This document shows positions 26,292 through 39,399 of a stretch of DNA of 64,000 bases, piece after piece. The translations under genes were made by a program, and so were the position numbers. The notes below the pieces were generated by a model that saw only the letters and a list, made by a program, of their open reading frames with translations, was not told the DNA's origin and did no database searches. This DNA comes from Raja brachyura (Eukaryota). Within the stretch, counting starts at the first letter, position 1; each line of letters begins with the position of its first letter. The stretch lies in assembly GCA_963514005.1 (NCBI GenBank), contig OY740783.1, positions 75,764,001-75,828,000 on the forward strand. Direction: 5' to 3'.

Positions 26292-26377
26292 TAAAAAAGT
26301 GAAACATAAACATCCATCACAGTGGATTCCACATTCCTCACCGTGATGGAAGGCAATAAAGTTCAATCTTCCTCTTT

Positions 26378-26630
26378 GTAGAAGTAGAATTAGGTCATTC
26401 AGCCCATCAAGTCTACGCGGCCATTCAATCATGGCTGATCTATCTCTCCCTCCTAACCCCATTCCCCTGCCTTCTCCCCATAACCTCTGACACCTGTTCT
26501 AATCAAGAATCAATCTATCTCTGCCTTCAAAATATTCACAGGTGGCCTCCACAGCCTTCTGTGGCAAAGAATTCCACAGATTCACCGCCCTCTGACGAAA
26601 TACATTTCTCATCTCTTCCTAATGGAATAT
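26378..26630 (-). mobile_element. CR1 3' tail
   Basis: Reverse complement of the CR1 3' UTR seen at 54360-54575. Confidence 0.8.
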
Positions 26631-27441
26631 TATTTATTTTCGCAACGTGTTTATCTAACTATCCTTCGAATGCTACTCGCATCAAGTACTTCATGTGGTG
26701 ATGAGTTCCATTTATCCTCTGGGTACAATCTTTATAAAATTAATTTTCTGAAATCACAATAACATCCATTTTGCACTGCAACAAATTATTGCTAGCAGTC
26801 AAAATAGCCTCGGTAATGTTTCCACATAATTTCATAACCCCTGAATAATCTGTAACATTTATCAATTGATAGTGTTAAAAAGCATTCTTTCTCATTTATA
26901 CATGAATTATGATCCATGCAAGACAAACTGAATTAATTCTTCTCTTCATGCAGACTCTTTGAACACTCATTATTGAATAATTATCACAGTAATCTAGATT
27001 AAATTGCCCATTACTCTTCAAAATTACACCATTCTAAGCAATCATCTGGGAAAGTCGAAACATATGTAGCTCTATCAGCTATTTGTTTTTCCATTTGATT
27101 AACGTGTTGTCCTATATCTTAACTCCACATATCTGCGTTAGTTTCAGCTGTTTTCAGGAAACAGAATGGTCCTCTCATCAGATAGAATGCAATCCTGACC
27201 TCCCACATACCTCTTTGGACATTCTTGAATTATCTTTAATTGGACTTTATTGGACTTCAATGTTATATCTTTGCACTAAATGTTGCACCCTTTATCCTTT
27301 ATCTCTGTGCTGTCTATACCAGACAGCTTGATTGCATTCTGGTATAGTCTTTTCTCTGACCAGATAGCACACAAACAAAGCTTTTCACTGTACCTCGGTG
27401 GACGTGACAATGGTAACCTAGACTAACTTTGATTATCCTTA

Positions 27442-27607
27442 TGCCCCTGTCCCACTTAGGAAACCTGAACGGAAACCTCTGGAGACTTTGCGCCCCACCC
27501 AAGGTTTCTGTGCGGTTCCCGGAGGTTTTTGTCAGTCTCCCTAATGGTCGAAAGTGGTTTCCGCTTCTTCTATGTTCCGTTCAGGTTTCCTAAGTGGAAT
27601 AGGGGCA
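27442..27607. mobile_element. PIF/Harbinger-like MITE (166 bp)
   Basis: TIR tgcccctgtcccacttaggaaacctgaacggaa / ttccgttcaggtttcctaagtggaataggggca; TTA TSD on both sides. Confidence 0.85.
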
Positions 27608-27701
27608 TTACCACTGTAATTACATTGAGAATTTTTCTCAATTGCTCACAATGTTTAAAAATGTTAGTTGTGAACCTTTAGACTATATTAATGTACAAAT
27701 G

Positions 27702-28762
27702 AAACATAGAAACATAGAAACATAGAAATTAGGTGCAGGACTAGGCCATTCGGCCCTTCACCGCCATTCAATATGATCATGGCTGATCATCCAACTCAGT
27801 ATCCTGTACCTTCCTTCTCTCCATACCCTCTGATCCCCTTAGCCACAAGGGCCACATCTAACTCCCTCTTAAATATAGCCAATGAACTGGCCTCAACTAG
27901 GTTCAAGGTTCAAGGTTAGTTTATTTGTCACATACACCAATTGGTGTAGTGAAATGCTTCTTGCCATGCAGCACATAAAATAAAGAATACAGACACAACA
28001 CTAATAAATAGATTTAAACATGAAAACATCCTCCCACAATGGTTCCCATTATGAGGGAAGGCACAAAGTCCAGTCCCCAGCCCATGTCCACCCATAGTCA
28101 GGCATATTGAGGCCTCCATAGTTGCCTTCACGGAGGCCCGGTGTTCCAGGCCGTTCTCGCCGGGTGATGGTGCTCCGGCGTCGGGAGAATCTTCTCAGCG
28201 GCTTGGGCCACCTGGAACGGCCGCTTCCTACTGGAGTCCACGGCTTCCGAAGCCGACAAGGCCGCGCTGAATGGAGCTGCCCCACTGGCTCCCGATGTTA
28301 AAGTTCAGCGCCGCCGCCCGCTCCACAGACCCGCGGCTCCGCGATGTTTGTCTCGGCGGTCTCAGCTCACCGGAGTTCCAGCGCGGCGACCCAGGCAAGG
28401 CATCACCCGCTCCGTCCCGCGATGGCGCTCCAGCGCCATCTACCCTCTGTGGTAGAGAGTTCCAGAGACCCACCACTCTCTGTGTGAAAAAAGTCCTTCT
28501 CATCTCGGTCCTAAAGGATTTCCCCCTTATCCTTAAGCTGTGACCCCTTGTCCTGGACCTCCCCAACATCGGGAACAATCTTCCTGCATCTAGCCTGTCC
28601 AACCCCTTAAGAATTTTGTAAGTTTCTATAAGATCCCCTCTCAATCTCCTAAATTCTAGAGAGTATAAACCGAGTCTATGCAGTCTTTGTTCATAAGACA
28701 GTCCTGACATCCCAGGAATCAGTCTGGTGAACCTTCTCTGCACTCCCTCTATGGCAATAATA
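27702..28762 (-). mobile_element. CR1 3' fragment with (tttctatg)n tail, split by a GC-rich element
   Basis: QRRFTRLIPG...WNSLPQ ORF; CR1 sequence resumes across 27900-28440. Confidence 0.85.
27900..28439 (-). mobile_element. Unclassified GC-rich non-autonomous retroelement with (ttgaacc)n tail
   Basis: Clean insertion into CR1; shares 3' motifs with 34925-35778 and 26292-26372. Confidence 0.6.
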
Positions 28763-29039
28763 TGCTGATAAGAACTCACATGGGCCTAAAGCATGTTGTT
28801 AATTTGATGATTGCATTTAAATTAAAGACATAAAACTTGTCTTTCACAACTTCAGGGCAATCCAAAAAAATTATGCATTGCCGTAAAACTGAGGCAGGCC
28901 TTTTACCAATTCAATGGCACATGCATAATACAGTGAATACTCACCATTTTATTTTGGATACTTAGCAATTGTCTGAAAGACAAGAAAGTACTGGTGCTCA
29001 ACCTAAGAACTGCTGTTATCCGTTATGTTGATGTTGATG

Positions 29040-30960
29040 TAAAATAAGAGCATCTTTGGTTCAATGAGGAGGGCGTACAAGGAGCAGGGCATACCTCAGA
29101 ATGAGTGATCAATCCAGTGAAGATACAAGGCAGGACTGCTTGCATGCCAGATGACATAAACAGAGCTAAATGATACCACAACCAATGGATCACTTCTCTG
29201 CTCTGCAATCTTGCTACATCCAGTTGTGAATGTCGGTGGACAATTAAACAACACACTGGAGGAGGAAGCTCCATAAATATCCCCCATTCTCAATGCTGGG
29301 GGTGCCCAGCACATCAGTGCTGAACAGAATTTCAGTCAGAAGTGCCCTTATGGATGTTCCTTCTCGGCCTCCTCCAGTATTTTCCAACACGATAGATGCC
29401 AGGCTTTAGTCAATTTGATTCACTGCACATGGTAGCAAGAGAAGGCAAAAAGCATTGGATCCAGAAAAGGCAGCATTCCAGTAATTAAATTGAAGACATG
29501 CTCTAGAGTTTGCTGCATCCTTGTCCAAGCTGTTCAAGTGGAGCCACAACACTGACAAAGCTGAATATTACCCAATTCACAAGAAGCAGAATAAATACAA
29601 TGTGGCCAACGATTCTACTGCCCCACGATTCTACTTTCAATATTGAGCAAAGGCATTTACTTAGAACAACCTGCTCTCTGAGGCTGGGTTTGGGTTCTGC
29701 CAAAGTTGCTCAACTTCTGACTGAGCTTGGACAAAAGAGCTGAACTTCAGGAGTGAAGGGAGACTAACTTCCCTTGGTAATCAAGACTGCATTTGGAGAG
29801 TCTTGACAAACGTGTACATGGTAATCCAGCGAAAACTCTGCTGATTGTAATCATATCTAGCATGAAGGAAGATGATCTCAGTGGGTGGAGATTAATCATG
29901 TCAGCTACAGTACATGGCATCTCAGCAGGAGTTTCTCAGGTTAGTGTTCGAGGCCCAATCATCTTCAACTGCTTCATCAAAAAACAAGGTTTGAAATAGG
30001 TACGTTTGCTGATGATTGCACCATGTACTGCGCTATTCATGACTCCTTATATAATGAAGCAATGCATACCCAAATGCAGAAAGACCTGCACAATTTTCAA
30101 GCCAGGGTCGATAGGTGGCAAATAACATTCACATTACACAAGTGCAAGGCAATGACAATACTCAATAAGAGAAGATCCAGCTATCACCTCCTGACATTTT
30201 CTGACATTACAATCACCAAATCCCTCACTGACAATATCCTGGGGGGGTTATCGATGACCAGAAACTAAACTGGAGTAGCTATATTCGGAATGTGCCTGCA
30301 AGACCAGGTGAGAGGTTAGGAATCCTGCGGTGAGTAACTCACCTTCTAACTCCCCAAAGCATGCCCACTATCTCCCAGGCTCAATTCACGAGTCCGATAA
30401 CAAATACTCTCCAGTTGCCTGGATGAGTGCAGCTTTAAAAGCACTCAAGAAGCTCTACACTATACAGGGCATAGCAGCTCACTTGATAAGGATCTAATTC
30501 GCAACCATTAATTCACTCCACCACAGAAGCACATTAGCAGGAGTTTGTATAATCTGCAGGATGCAGAGCAGCAACTCACCAAAACTCCCATAGACAGCAT
30601 CTTCTGAGGAAGGGTCTCGACCTAAATCGTCACCTACCCATGTTCTCCAGGGATGCTACTTGACTCGCTGAGTTACATCAGCACTTTGTGGCTTTCCTTC
30701 TAAATCTCTCCCTGCCGGAAGGAGAAGGGCAGGGAAATCATGTGAACCCCACCACCTGGAGGTTGCCCTCCAAGTCACGCACCATCCTGACATGGAAATA
30801 TATCGCTTTTCCTTTACTGACTTTCCTTCACTTTGACTGGTCAAAGTGCTGGAACTCCCTCCCGAACAACACTGTGGGAATACTCACTCCTCAAAGACTG
30901 CAGTAGTTACAGACTGCCACTTTCAAAGGCAGTAAGAGTTGGGAAGTTAAAAGTGGGTTT
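29040..30960 (+). mobile_element. Old CR1/L2-clade LINE, decayed RT
   Basis: GVSQ.SV.GP, FADD, CWNSLPN remnants; Penelope insert at about 30600-30695. Confidence 0.7.
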
Positions 30961-31667
30961 ATTCTACAAATCCCACATTTCTTGAGTGGATAAAAGAAAA
31001 ATGAACTAAATCTATTTTTATCCTTGCTCAACATTTTACTGACCAACTTGCTTAATTATTTAATGCCAAGGCTTCATATATGTTTAATTGCACACGGGGA
31101 TGGTATGTGTCTTTTTGGAAGTTGACTTGAAATGATTTGTGAGGTACATTTTATTTGACAAGCATATCTCTGGAACTACACAGGGCCTATCAGTTAAAGA
31201 CACCATGATTTAATGTAATCTTCAATTGCATGGGGCATCTGCTGCCCTCCAGTCTCCATAGGGCCCCACATATGACAGCATACAATTGCAATGTGCAGAG
31301 AAGTAACGATGTTTAATTAGGTAGCAAATCTATCTCAATGTATGTAGCTTAATTATATTTAAAATGCATTGTGGCAACGTACCATTTTGTGGTGAATTTG
31401 TGCTAAAGATGACAGCCCTATGCTTTAATGGGGGTGAGAAAAAAACTCATCTACAGATTTAAATCATGTCATGGTTAAGGAAGAGTATTTTTAATTTTTA
31501 ATTTACTTTTGGTACAATCAACTGGAGAAAATAAAGTAGTGGGACATATACATTTATGAGTGAATAGGCATCGGGGATGGGGGGGGGGGGGGGTGTCATT
31601 TTTAAGACCCGACATGCTATGGGTTAAAATAATCTCAATAAAATTCCCACAATGTCAATCGCAATAA

Positions 31668-33830
31668 TCTACTTGCACTCAGGCCATACCCCTCCATTCC
31701 CTTCCCGTCCATATACCTATCCACTTTATTTTTAAATGTTAAAATCGATCCTGCCTCCACCACTTCTGCTGGAAGATCATTCCACACAGCCACCACTCTC
31801 TGAGTAAAGAAGTTCCCCCTCATGTTACCCCTAAACTTCTGTCCCTTAATTCTCATGTCATGCCCTCTTGTTTGAATCTTCCCTACCCTCAATGGGAAAA
31901 GCTTATCCACGTCAACTCTGTCTATCCCTTTCATCATTTTAAAGACCTCAATCAAGTCCCCCCTTAACCTTCTGCGCTCCACAGAATAAGACCTAACTTG
32001 TTCAACCTTTCTCTGTAACTTAGTTGCTGGAACCCAGACAACATTCTAGTAAATCTCCTCTGTACTCTCTCTATTTTGTTGACATCCTTCCTATAATTAG
32101 GCGACCAAAATTGTACACCATACTCCAGAATTGGTCTCACCAATGCCTTGTACAATTTTAACATTACTTCCCTACTCCTATATTCAATGCTCTGATTTAT
32201 AAAGGCCAGCACACCAAAAGTTTTCTTTACCGCCCTTTCTACTTGCAATTCCACCTTCAGGGAACTATGCACAGTTATTCCTAGATCCCTCTGTTCCACA
32301 GCATTCCTCAATTCCCTACCATTTACCATGTACGTCCTATTTTGATTTGTCCTGCCAAGATGTAGCACCTCACACTTATCAGCATTAAACTCCATCTGCC
32401 ATCTTTCAGCCCACTCTTCCAAATGGCCCAAATCTCTCTGTAGACTTTGAAAATCTACTTCATTATCCACAGCACCACCTATCTTAGTATCATCTGCATA
32501 CTTACTTATCCAATTTTCCACCCCATCATCCAGATCATTGATGGACATGACAAACAACAGTGGACCCAACACAGATCCCTGAGGCACCCCACTGGTCACC
32601 GGCTTCCAACCTGACAAACAGCCATCCACCATTACTCTCTGGCATCTCCCATTCAGCCACTGTTGAACACCCAAAGATTGCCATTAACACCCAAAGATTG
32701 AACCTTCATAACCAACCTTCCATGGGGAACTTTGTCAAAGGCCTTACTGAAATCCATATAGACAACATCCACTGCTTTACCCTCATCAATTTCCCTAGTA
32801 ACCTCTTCAAAAAATTCAAGAAGGTTTGTCAAACATGACCTTCCAGGCACAAATCCATGTTGACTGTTCTTGATCAGACCCTGTTTATCCAGATGCTTAT
32901 ATATATTATCTCTAAGTATCCTTTCCATTAATTTGCCCACCACTGACGTCAAACTAACAGGTCTATAATTGCTAGGTTTATTCTTTGAACCCTTTTTAAA
33001 CAATGGAACAACATGCGCAGTAGGCCAATCTTCCGGCACTATTCCCGTTTCTAATGACATTTGAAATATTTCTGTCATAGCCCCTGCTATTTCTTCACAA
33101 ACTTCCCTCAATGTCCTTGGGAATATCCTGTCAGGACCTTTTTTTTAATTTAATTTAATTTATTTTTTTCAAAAGTGTCAGTACTTCCTCCTCTTTGAAT
33201 CTCATAGTTTCCATAGCTACTCTACTTTGTTCCTTTACCTCACAGAGTTCAATATCCTTCTCCTTGGTGAATACCGAAGAAAATAAATTGTTCAATATCT
33301 CCCCCATCTCTTTTGGCTCTGCAGATAGCTGTCCATTCTGGCTCTCTAATGGTCCAATTTTATCCCTCGTTATCCTTTTGCTATTAATATAGCTGTAGAA
33401 ACCCTTTGGATTTACTTTCACCTTTCTTGCCAAAGCAACCTCATATCTTCTTTTAGCTTTTCTTATTTCTTTCTTAAGATTCTTTTTACATTCTTTATAC
33501 TCATCTAGCCTCCTATTACTCCATGCCTCCTATAATTATTATAGATATCTCTCTTTTTTCGAACCAAGTGTCCAATTTCCCTTGAAAACCATGGCTCTTT
33601 CCGATTTTTACTATTTCCTTTCAACCGAATTTGGACATAAAGATTCTGTACTCTTACAATTTCCCCTTTAAATGTCCTCCATTTCTCTTCTACATCCTTC
33701 CCATAAACCAAAATGTCCCAATTCACTCCTTTTAAATCATTACGCATTCCCTCAAAGTTAGCCTTTCTCCAATCAAAAATCTCAGCCCTTGGTCCAGTTC
33801 TGACTCTCTCCATAATTATATTGAAAAAAT
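31668..33830 (-). mobile_element. Young CR1 LINE ORF2 fragment
   Basis: NYRPVSLTS, YMDFSKAFD, YADDTK, LEYGVQFWSP ORFs. Confidence 0.92.
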
Positions 33831-34924
33831 ATACTTGTGGGTTCATCTGACAGGTTTCTGGAAGTTCAACTGTGGAGAATGCCATCACATACATGCATTT
33901 TGTGGCTCTAGAGTATAGATTTTGAACTGGTTAACAGACCTCTTCCATTCAAACACTGTGTAATCAATAATGTTGCTTGCCATCATAACATTGTGTTTGT
34001 CCTATCAGCTTTCATCCCCTGAGACTTGGAGCAATTCCAAGGTTGTGCAACCATCAACCGAGGAGGTGAAAGGATATTTTCAGTAATTGATTTTTAATTA
34101 TACACAAACCACAAATATACAGTGCATCTTCCTGCATGAGAGAGGGCTAATGTGTCTGTTTAACTCCAAGTGAACAATAAAGGATAGAGTGGATTCCCCA
34201 TGAGATTGCCAAGAATTATTAAAAGTTATTGGCATACATGTTATGAACCAAATGATAAAATATACCATGATATTTCTGTTTTCTCTTGAATTCCAAACAG
34301 CAATTACATCAGTAGAAGTGGGAAATGTGTATGCAGTTTTTTGGCCATTGTTTGAAGAAGTGCTCTAATTGCCTGCTAAATGACAGCATTTTATTACACA
34401 GCTCTTATTTCAGTTTAATCCGAGCAGCTGCAAATACCAAATGAGCCTCTCAATACCACCTACCAGCTCTAAATTCTGGCAAAGCCTGGTAGATGGGACA
34501 AGAAATGGCCTTTTGCAGTTCCCCAGAAGAAAGGGGAATTGGAAACGGCTATATCCGGACTCCTCAGGATAAAGAAATAACACTACCTGTAAAAAAAAGC
34601 CTAGGGTGTGTGCTTCACTCCGTCAGACTGAATCAGCTGCAGGACCCAATTTGCATTTGAATTTAGCTACCGACTGCCCAAAGGGCCTGTCCTAAGAGTT
34701 TATTTCAGCAGATCTGGGGTATGTTTGGAGAGAGGATAACAAAAGACAGAGAGACCATGTAGAAAGGATTGCTGCACTGTTTTAGGTGACCATCCTTTCT
34801 GAACAACAAGGATCCCTCAAGTTGAGCTAACGTTTTAAGTTCAACTGTTTGGCAGTTTTAATGTTTCCCATGTCAGTGATTTGTTTTGAAATATTCTGCC
34901 CTCTTTCCTTATTAATAGCTCATT

Positions 34925-35778
34925 TATTTTAAAGTGCAAGTGAACTAAATTTGCCAACAGCGGTACAATGAAAAAGAACACACAAAATCACAATAAAAAT
35001 TTAACATAAACATCCACCACAGCATTCATCACTGTGGTGGAAGGCACAAAAGTTGGCAAGTCCTCCTCCATTTTCCCCCATGGTCTGGACCTCAACTATC
35101 CGCAGCCACCGCTGCGGGCGTCCAGATGAGTATTCAAGGTAAAAGTCCAGGTAAATCCTGAATCTGTGCCTCCCCACTGGAGACCACGGCCTCAGGTTGG
35201 TGTAGGCCTCAGGCCGGCGGTTAAAGATTTAAAGTTCCCACCGCGCCGCAGCCAGAAGCACTGCAGACCACGGGCCGGCGGTCAGAGCTCCCCTCCAGGG
35301 GTCCCCGGCGAGGGACCCCGCTCCTGATGTTAAGTCCACGCCACGCCCGCTGTGGAAGTTGGCCACCGGCCGGCGGTCGGAGCTCTTCTCCTCCCGGGTC
35401 CCCAACGAGGGATCCCAGGCCCAGGACGCCGCGACCGGCTGGAGCTCTGCAGACCCCAGCTTCAGGCTGCCGCGGGCCAGCGAACGGAGCGCTCCCATCC
35501 GGCGAGCCCCAATGAGGGCTCGGCCGCTCCACGACGAGAGTCCACGCCACGCCCGATCCTCAATGTTAGGCCACGAGGGAGGCGACATGGAAAAAGTTGC
35601 CTCTCCGTGGAGGAGGCGACCGAAGCGGTTTCCCCCTTACCCCACCACACCACTCCCCACACAAGACACACAGAGAAACACCAAAACCATACATTAAAAC
35701 ACACCGAAAAAACAAAAAAAGTAGAAAAAAAACTAACATCCTGCTGGCAGGGCTGCCGGCTTGCAGCGCCCCCACTGA
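34925..35778 (-). mobile_element. Unclassified GC/CpG-rich non-autonomous retroelement
   Basis: Sharp compositional boundaries; conserved 3' hairpin motif at 35008-35046. Confidence 0.55.
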
Positions 35779-37066
35779 CCGATTTTACATTACATTAAAT
35801 CACTGCTTTATGATCAAAACCATCTGAATCAAGTTGATGACATGTAACTCAGTGGGTCAGGCAGCATCCCTGAAGAAAGTGGATAGGCGACATTTCTGGG
35901 AAGGGTCCCGTCCCGAAGGTTACCTATCCATGTTCCGCAGGGATTCTGCCTGACCCGCTGTTACTCCGGCATTTTGTGTCTTTTCTTGGTAAGCCAGCAT
36001 CTGCAGTTCCTTGTTTCTACATGAAGTTGAATTTGGATATATACGAGATTGTTCACGTGCGCATAAATGTTGCACTGGCTTTATGTGCTGCTTTATTAGC
36101 ATACACCATCAAATGCCATTATAATGTCTCCACTCTGCAACTTTCACTCTGTCTTAGATTGTCTATGAAAATAAAACAATATTGCTGGCAGTCCTGCGAG
36201 TAGTCCATGAGGTAGAAATTCATTCTTTGTTATTTGTGTTAAAATACACGAGGAAACAACATAAGCAAAATTTACTCCTCTTCTACAATTTGGTTCCATT
36301 GGGGTGGAAGATTGCAACCTTCACGTGGTCCGCCATGTTTCGACTAATGTAATCAACTCGACGTGCACAAACAGAAGATCAAATAGATCAAGTTGTCCAA
36401 CAACTTTAGGCTGTGCACGCCACACGAAAGAATAATAATTTGGTTCAATTGATACACTAGATAAGTTAAAGGAAAGCTTTCTACCCATAAATTTATTGTA
36501 AAGTCTGACTTTGCAGTTCAATATCTAATTATACAATAGCCAAATCCAGCGATATAACAATAAACTTACCTTGCGATTTTGACTGAATCCTGCACTTTTT
36601 ATATGTGTCCTCTTGTGCTTGTCCAATCTGTCTGAAGGCAGGCCAAGACAATCAAGCATGTTTTGTTTATTTTCCTCGAAAGAAGAATAAGAAACTAGGC
36701 TTATTAATAATTTGTATCATAGTTATATATAGTTTTTAAACTATCAGAGAGGTGCTTTGTGTACGGATGTTTGAACCCTGGTGCAGGTTTGATACTCAAG
36801 CAGAGTTTTCAATTACCACCAGGGTTTCTGCACAATGAGATTTGGCCTCTGTACAGGGATTATGAATGTTTATTTGGTTATCATTTTGGTAAGATGAAAA
36901 ACCTGTGGGCTTTTCACTGATCCAATCTAAAATGTGTGGGAAGAGACAATAGGGCCTCATTGGAAATGGATTGAGATCTGTAATATTCCATACAATATCT
37001 TTCCCTGCGTTTAATACAAACTTTAAGTTCTTACACCCAGTAAGCTTCTGGTTTGATGATATAAGC

Positions 37067-37091
37067 GTGCGTGTGTGTGTGTGTGTGTGTG
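37067..37091. repeat. (GT)n microsatellite
   Basis: Directly visible. Confidence 0.9.
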
Positions 37092-37317
37092 CAGAAGCTG
37101 CCTGATCTACTGATTATTTCAAGTCTTTTCCATTTGGGAATTTTACATATTTGATTAGCAATTTGCTTTGTTTGATACCACAGCACTTCAACTGCAATCA
37201 AACTCAAAATCAATGCAGTGCACCAAAAGCTATTAAAAGTCTCAAAATGTGACCTCAAATATTCATAGAAATTGTGCAAACGCTCTGATGCTGTTTATTT
37301 GGCATTTCTTGTTACAG

Positions 37318-37458
37318 GTATAGTGACGGGACTTCTGGTACGGCAGCATGCCGTGTTATCAAGCCTGGACAAGTTCTACTTCGGGTTTCCTGGAGAGATC
37401 CTGATGAGAATGCTGAAGCTGATTATTTTACCTTTAATTGTTTCCAGTATGATTACAG
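37318..37458 (+). CDS. slc1a1: slc1a1 exon 2
   Basis: ttacag| (G)[46 protein letters not shown] |gtaagc; 141 nt. Confidence 0.97.
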
Positions 37459-37873
37459 GTAAGCAGTCTTATTAAGTTACGTTATTTAGGGGATTATTGG
37501 AGTCTGGCCCACCGTATAGTGCGTATAACAATAAACTCAAATTAACTGGGCTTGACTTTTGACATAACTGGCTGTTTCTGCAAGGGGAAATCAATACAAG
37601 TTTTAAACTAGTAAATACATCAACATTGTTCATGTAAAATGCACCTCCATACCATATTACACATATGCTGGTTAATTTAAAGCAAAACAACATACATAGA
37701 AATTCAATATGAATGTCATATAATGTTGTTCTTGACTTATGCTGCCAAACTACTATTATTCAGATCTTGCAAAAATGCATGAAATTAAGCAAAACTTTAG
37801 TACCAATTATGGATTTAATGATAGACATAAAATGCTGGAGTAACTCAGCGGGACAGGAGAGAAGGAATAGGTG

Positions 37874-38194
37874 TTAAAGAAGGAACTGCAGATGCTGGAG
37901 AATCGAGGGTTGCACAAAAAGCTGGAGAAACTCAGCGGGTGCAGCAGCATCTAAGGAGCGAAGGAGATAGGCGACGTTTCGGGTCGAGACCCTTCTTCAG
38001 ACTGGTCAGGGATCAGGGAAACGAGAGATATAAACAGTGATATGGAGAGATAAAGCAGTGATATGTTCTTGCATTATCAAGCATTGTTCTTGCTTTATCT
38101 CTCCATATCACTGTTTATATCTCTCGTTTCCCTGATCCCTGACCAGTCTGAAGAAGGGTCTCGACCCGAAACGTCGCCTATCTCCTTCGCTCCC
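37874..38194. mobile_element. Young fold-back Penelope-derived insert
   Basis: Perfect 103-bp arms 37955-38057 / 38091-38193; perfect TSD gagaaggaataggtg at 37859/38195. Confidence 0.88.
38148..38175 (+). ncRNA. Minimal hammerhead ribozyme motif (mirror copy on - strand at 37973-38000)
   Basis: CTGAAGAAGGGTCTCGACCCGAAACGTC. Confidence 0.65.
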
Positions 38195-39399
38195 GAGAAG
38201 GAATAGGTGACGGTTCCGGTCGAGACCTTTCTTCAGACTGATGTTATGAGAGTGGGCGGGGCAGAGATAGAATGTAGTCGGAGACAGTAAGACTGGTGGG
38301 AGAACTAGGAGGGGGGAGCCTCCTCCATTGTCAGAGTGTGGCCCAGCGTAAATTGGAGGAACAGCACTTCATATTTTGCTTGGGTAGCTTACACCCCAGC
38401 GGTATGAACATTGTCTTCTCTAGCTTCAAATAGTCCTTGTTTTCTCTCTCTCTCCTTCCCCTCTCCTTCCCAGTTCTCCCACCAGTCTTACTGTCTCCTA
38501 CTACATTCTATCTCTACCCCACCCACTCCCCTGTCATCAGTCTGAAGAAGGATCTCGACCCGAAACGTCACCCATTCCTTCTCTCCAGAGGTACTGCCTG
38601 TCCCGCTGAGTTACACCAGCATTTTGTGTCTACCTTCGATTTAAACCAGCATCTGCAGTTCTTTCCCACACCATTACCGACTTAATGATGTTTTACTGTG
38701 AATGCCTGACATGAGAACTGCATTCGTAAATTGTACTTTGTTTTCTGTTTACTCTTTTAAAACAATGTTGATTGTATGTAATAACAATTAAAAGAGGGAA
38801 CATTACTTTTTACAGTGCCTTACTATGCCTACCTGAAAGGTCCTTGGGTGTTGTTTTATTACTACCAGGAGAATGAGAGCTAATTTGATAGTATTATAAA
38901 GTAACATGCAATAGGACAAAGTAGGCGGAAACAAACTTTTTACTAGTCGATATAGGTCAAGAACAACGAGAAGTTAAAGATTAATTGCAAAAGATTTAGT
39001 GAAATGAGGAAAAAATGTTTTATGTCAAAGGTTTATTGGTTGACTTTATAGGTTGACTAGCAGTATTGACGGAATAAAAAATTGGATCAAGTTCTAATTA
39101 TAGTTCAATTACGTGATTGAAGAGAGCAATAAAGTGATATGATTCTAACGAGATCAATACAATTAGATCTATTACCGTTTTGGATGATAAACATAAACAT
39201 TGCCTGTTTTTGCCAAATGCCCTTATGCATTGTAACTTCCACAGAATTCTAAAAAAAGATTTCCTTACACAGAATGAATATTGTAGGGACTGTGAACAAA
39301 TTCCAGGAAGTGCAAATGCTTTGCATACATCAGGCCCCTTCAAAAAGCAATGTGATCATTTAATAGATGATTGGAATTTGTTGAGGAAGTATATAGCAG

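Larger units (their letters stand above)
37821..38670 (+). mobile_element. Penelope-like element: inverted pLTR, GIY-YIG C-terminus, pLTR; hosts a nested insert
   Basis: LLHCQSVAQRKLEEQHFIFCLGSLHPSGMNIVFSSFK* at about 38319-38433; hammerhead motif 38542-38569. Confidence 0.8.

Noticed and set aside
31380-31628. gggttaa end suggesting a piggyBac-like terminus
   Set aside because: No matching opposite TIR found
34682-34694. Solo agggcctgtccta matching the Harbinger TIR
   Set aside because: No partner TIR or TAA target site; may be chance
35221-35827. CpG-island-like block with many ORFs, possible internal promoter
   Set aside because: Shares a 3' motif with other dispersed copies, so better explained as a retroelement
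37312-37323. AG|GT at starts of exons 2, 3 and 8 suggesting recursive splice sites
   Set aside because: Explained by split Gly/Trp codons; the following bases are weak donors
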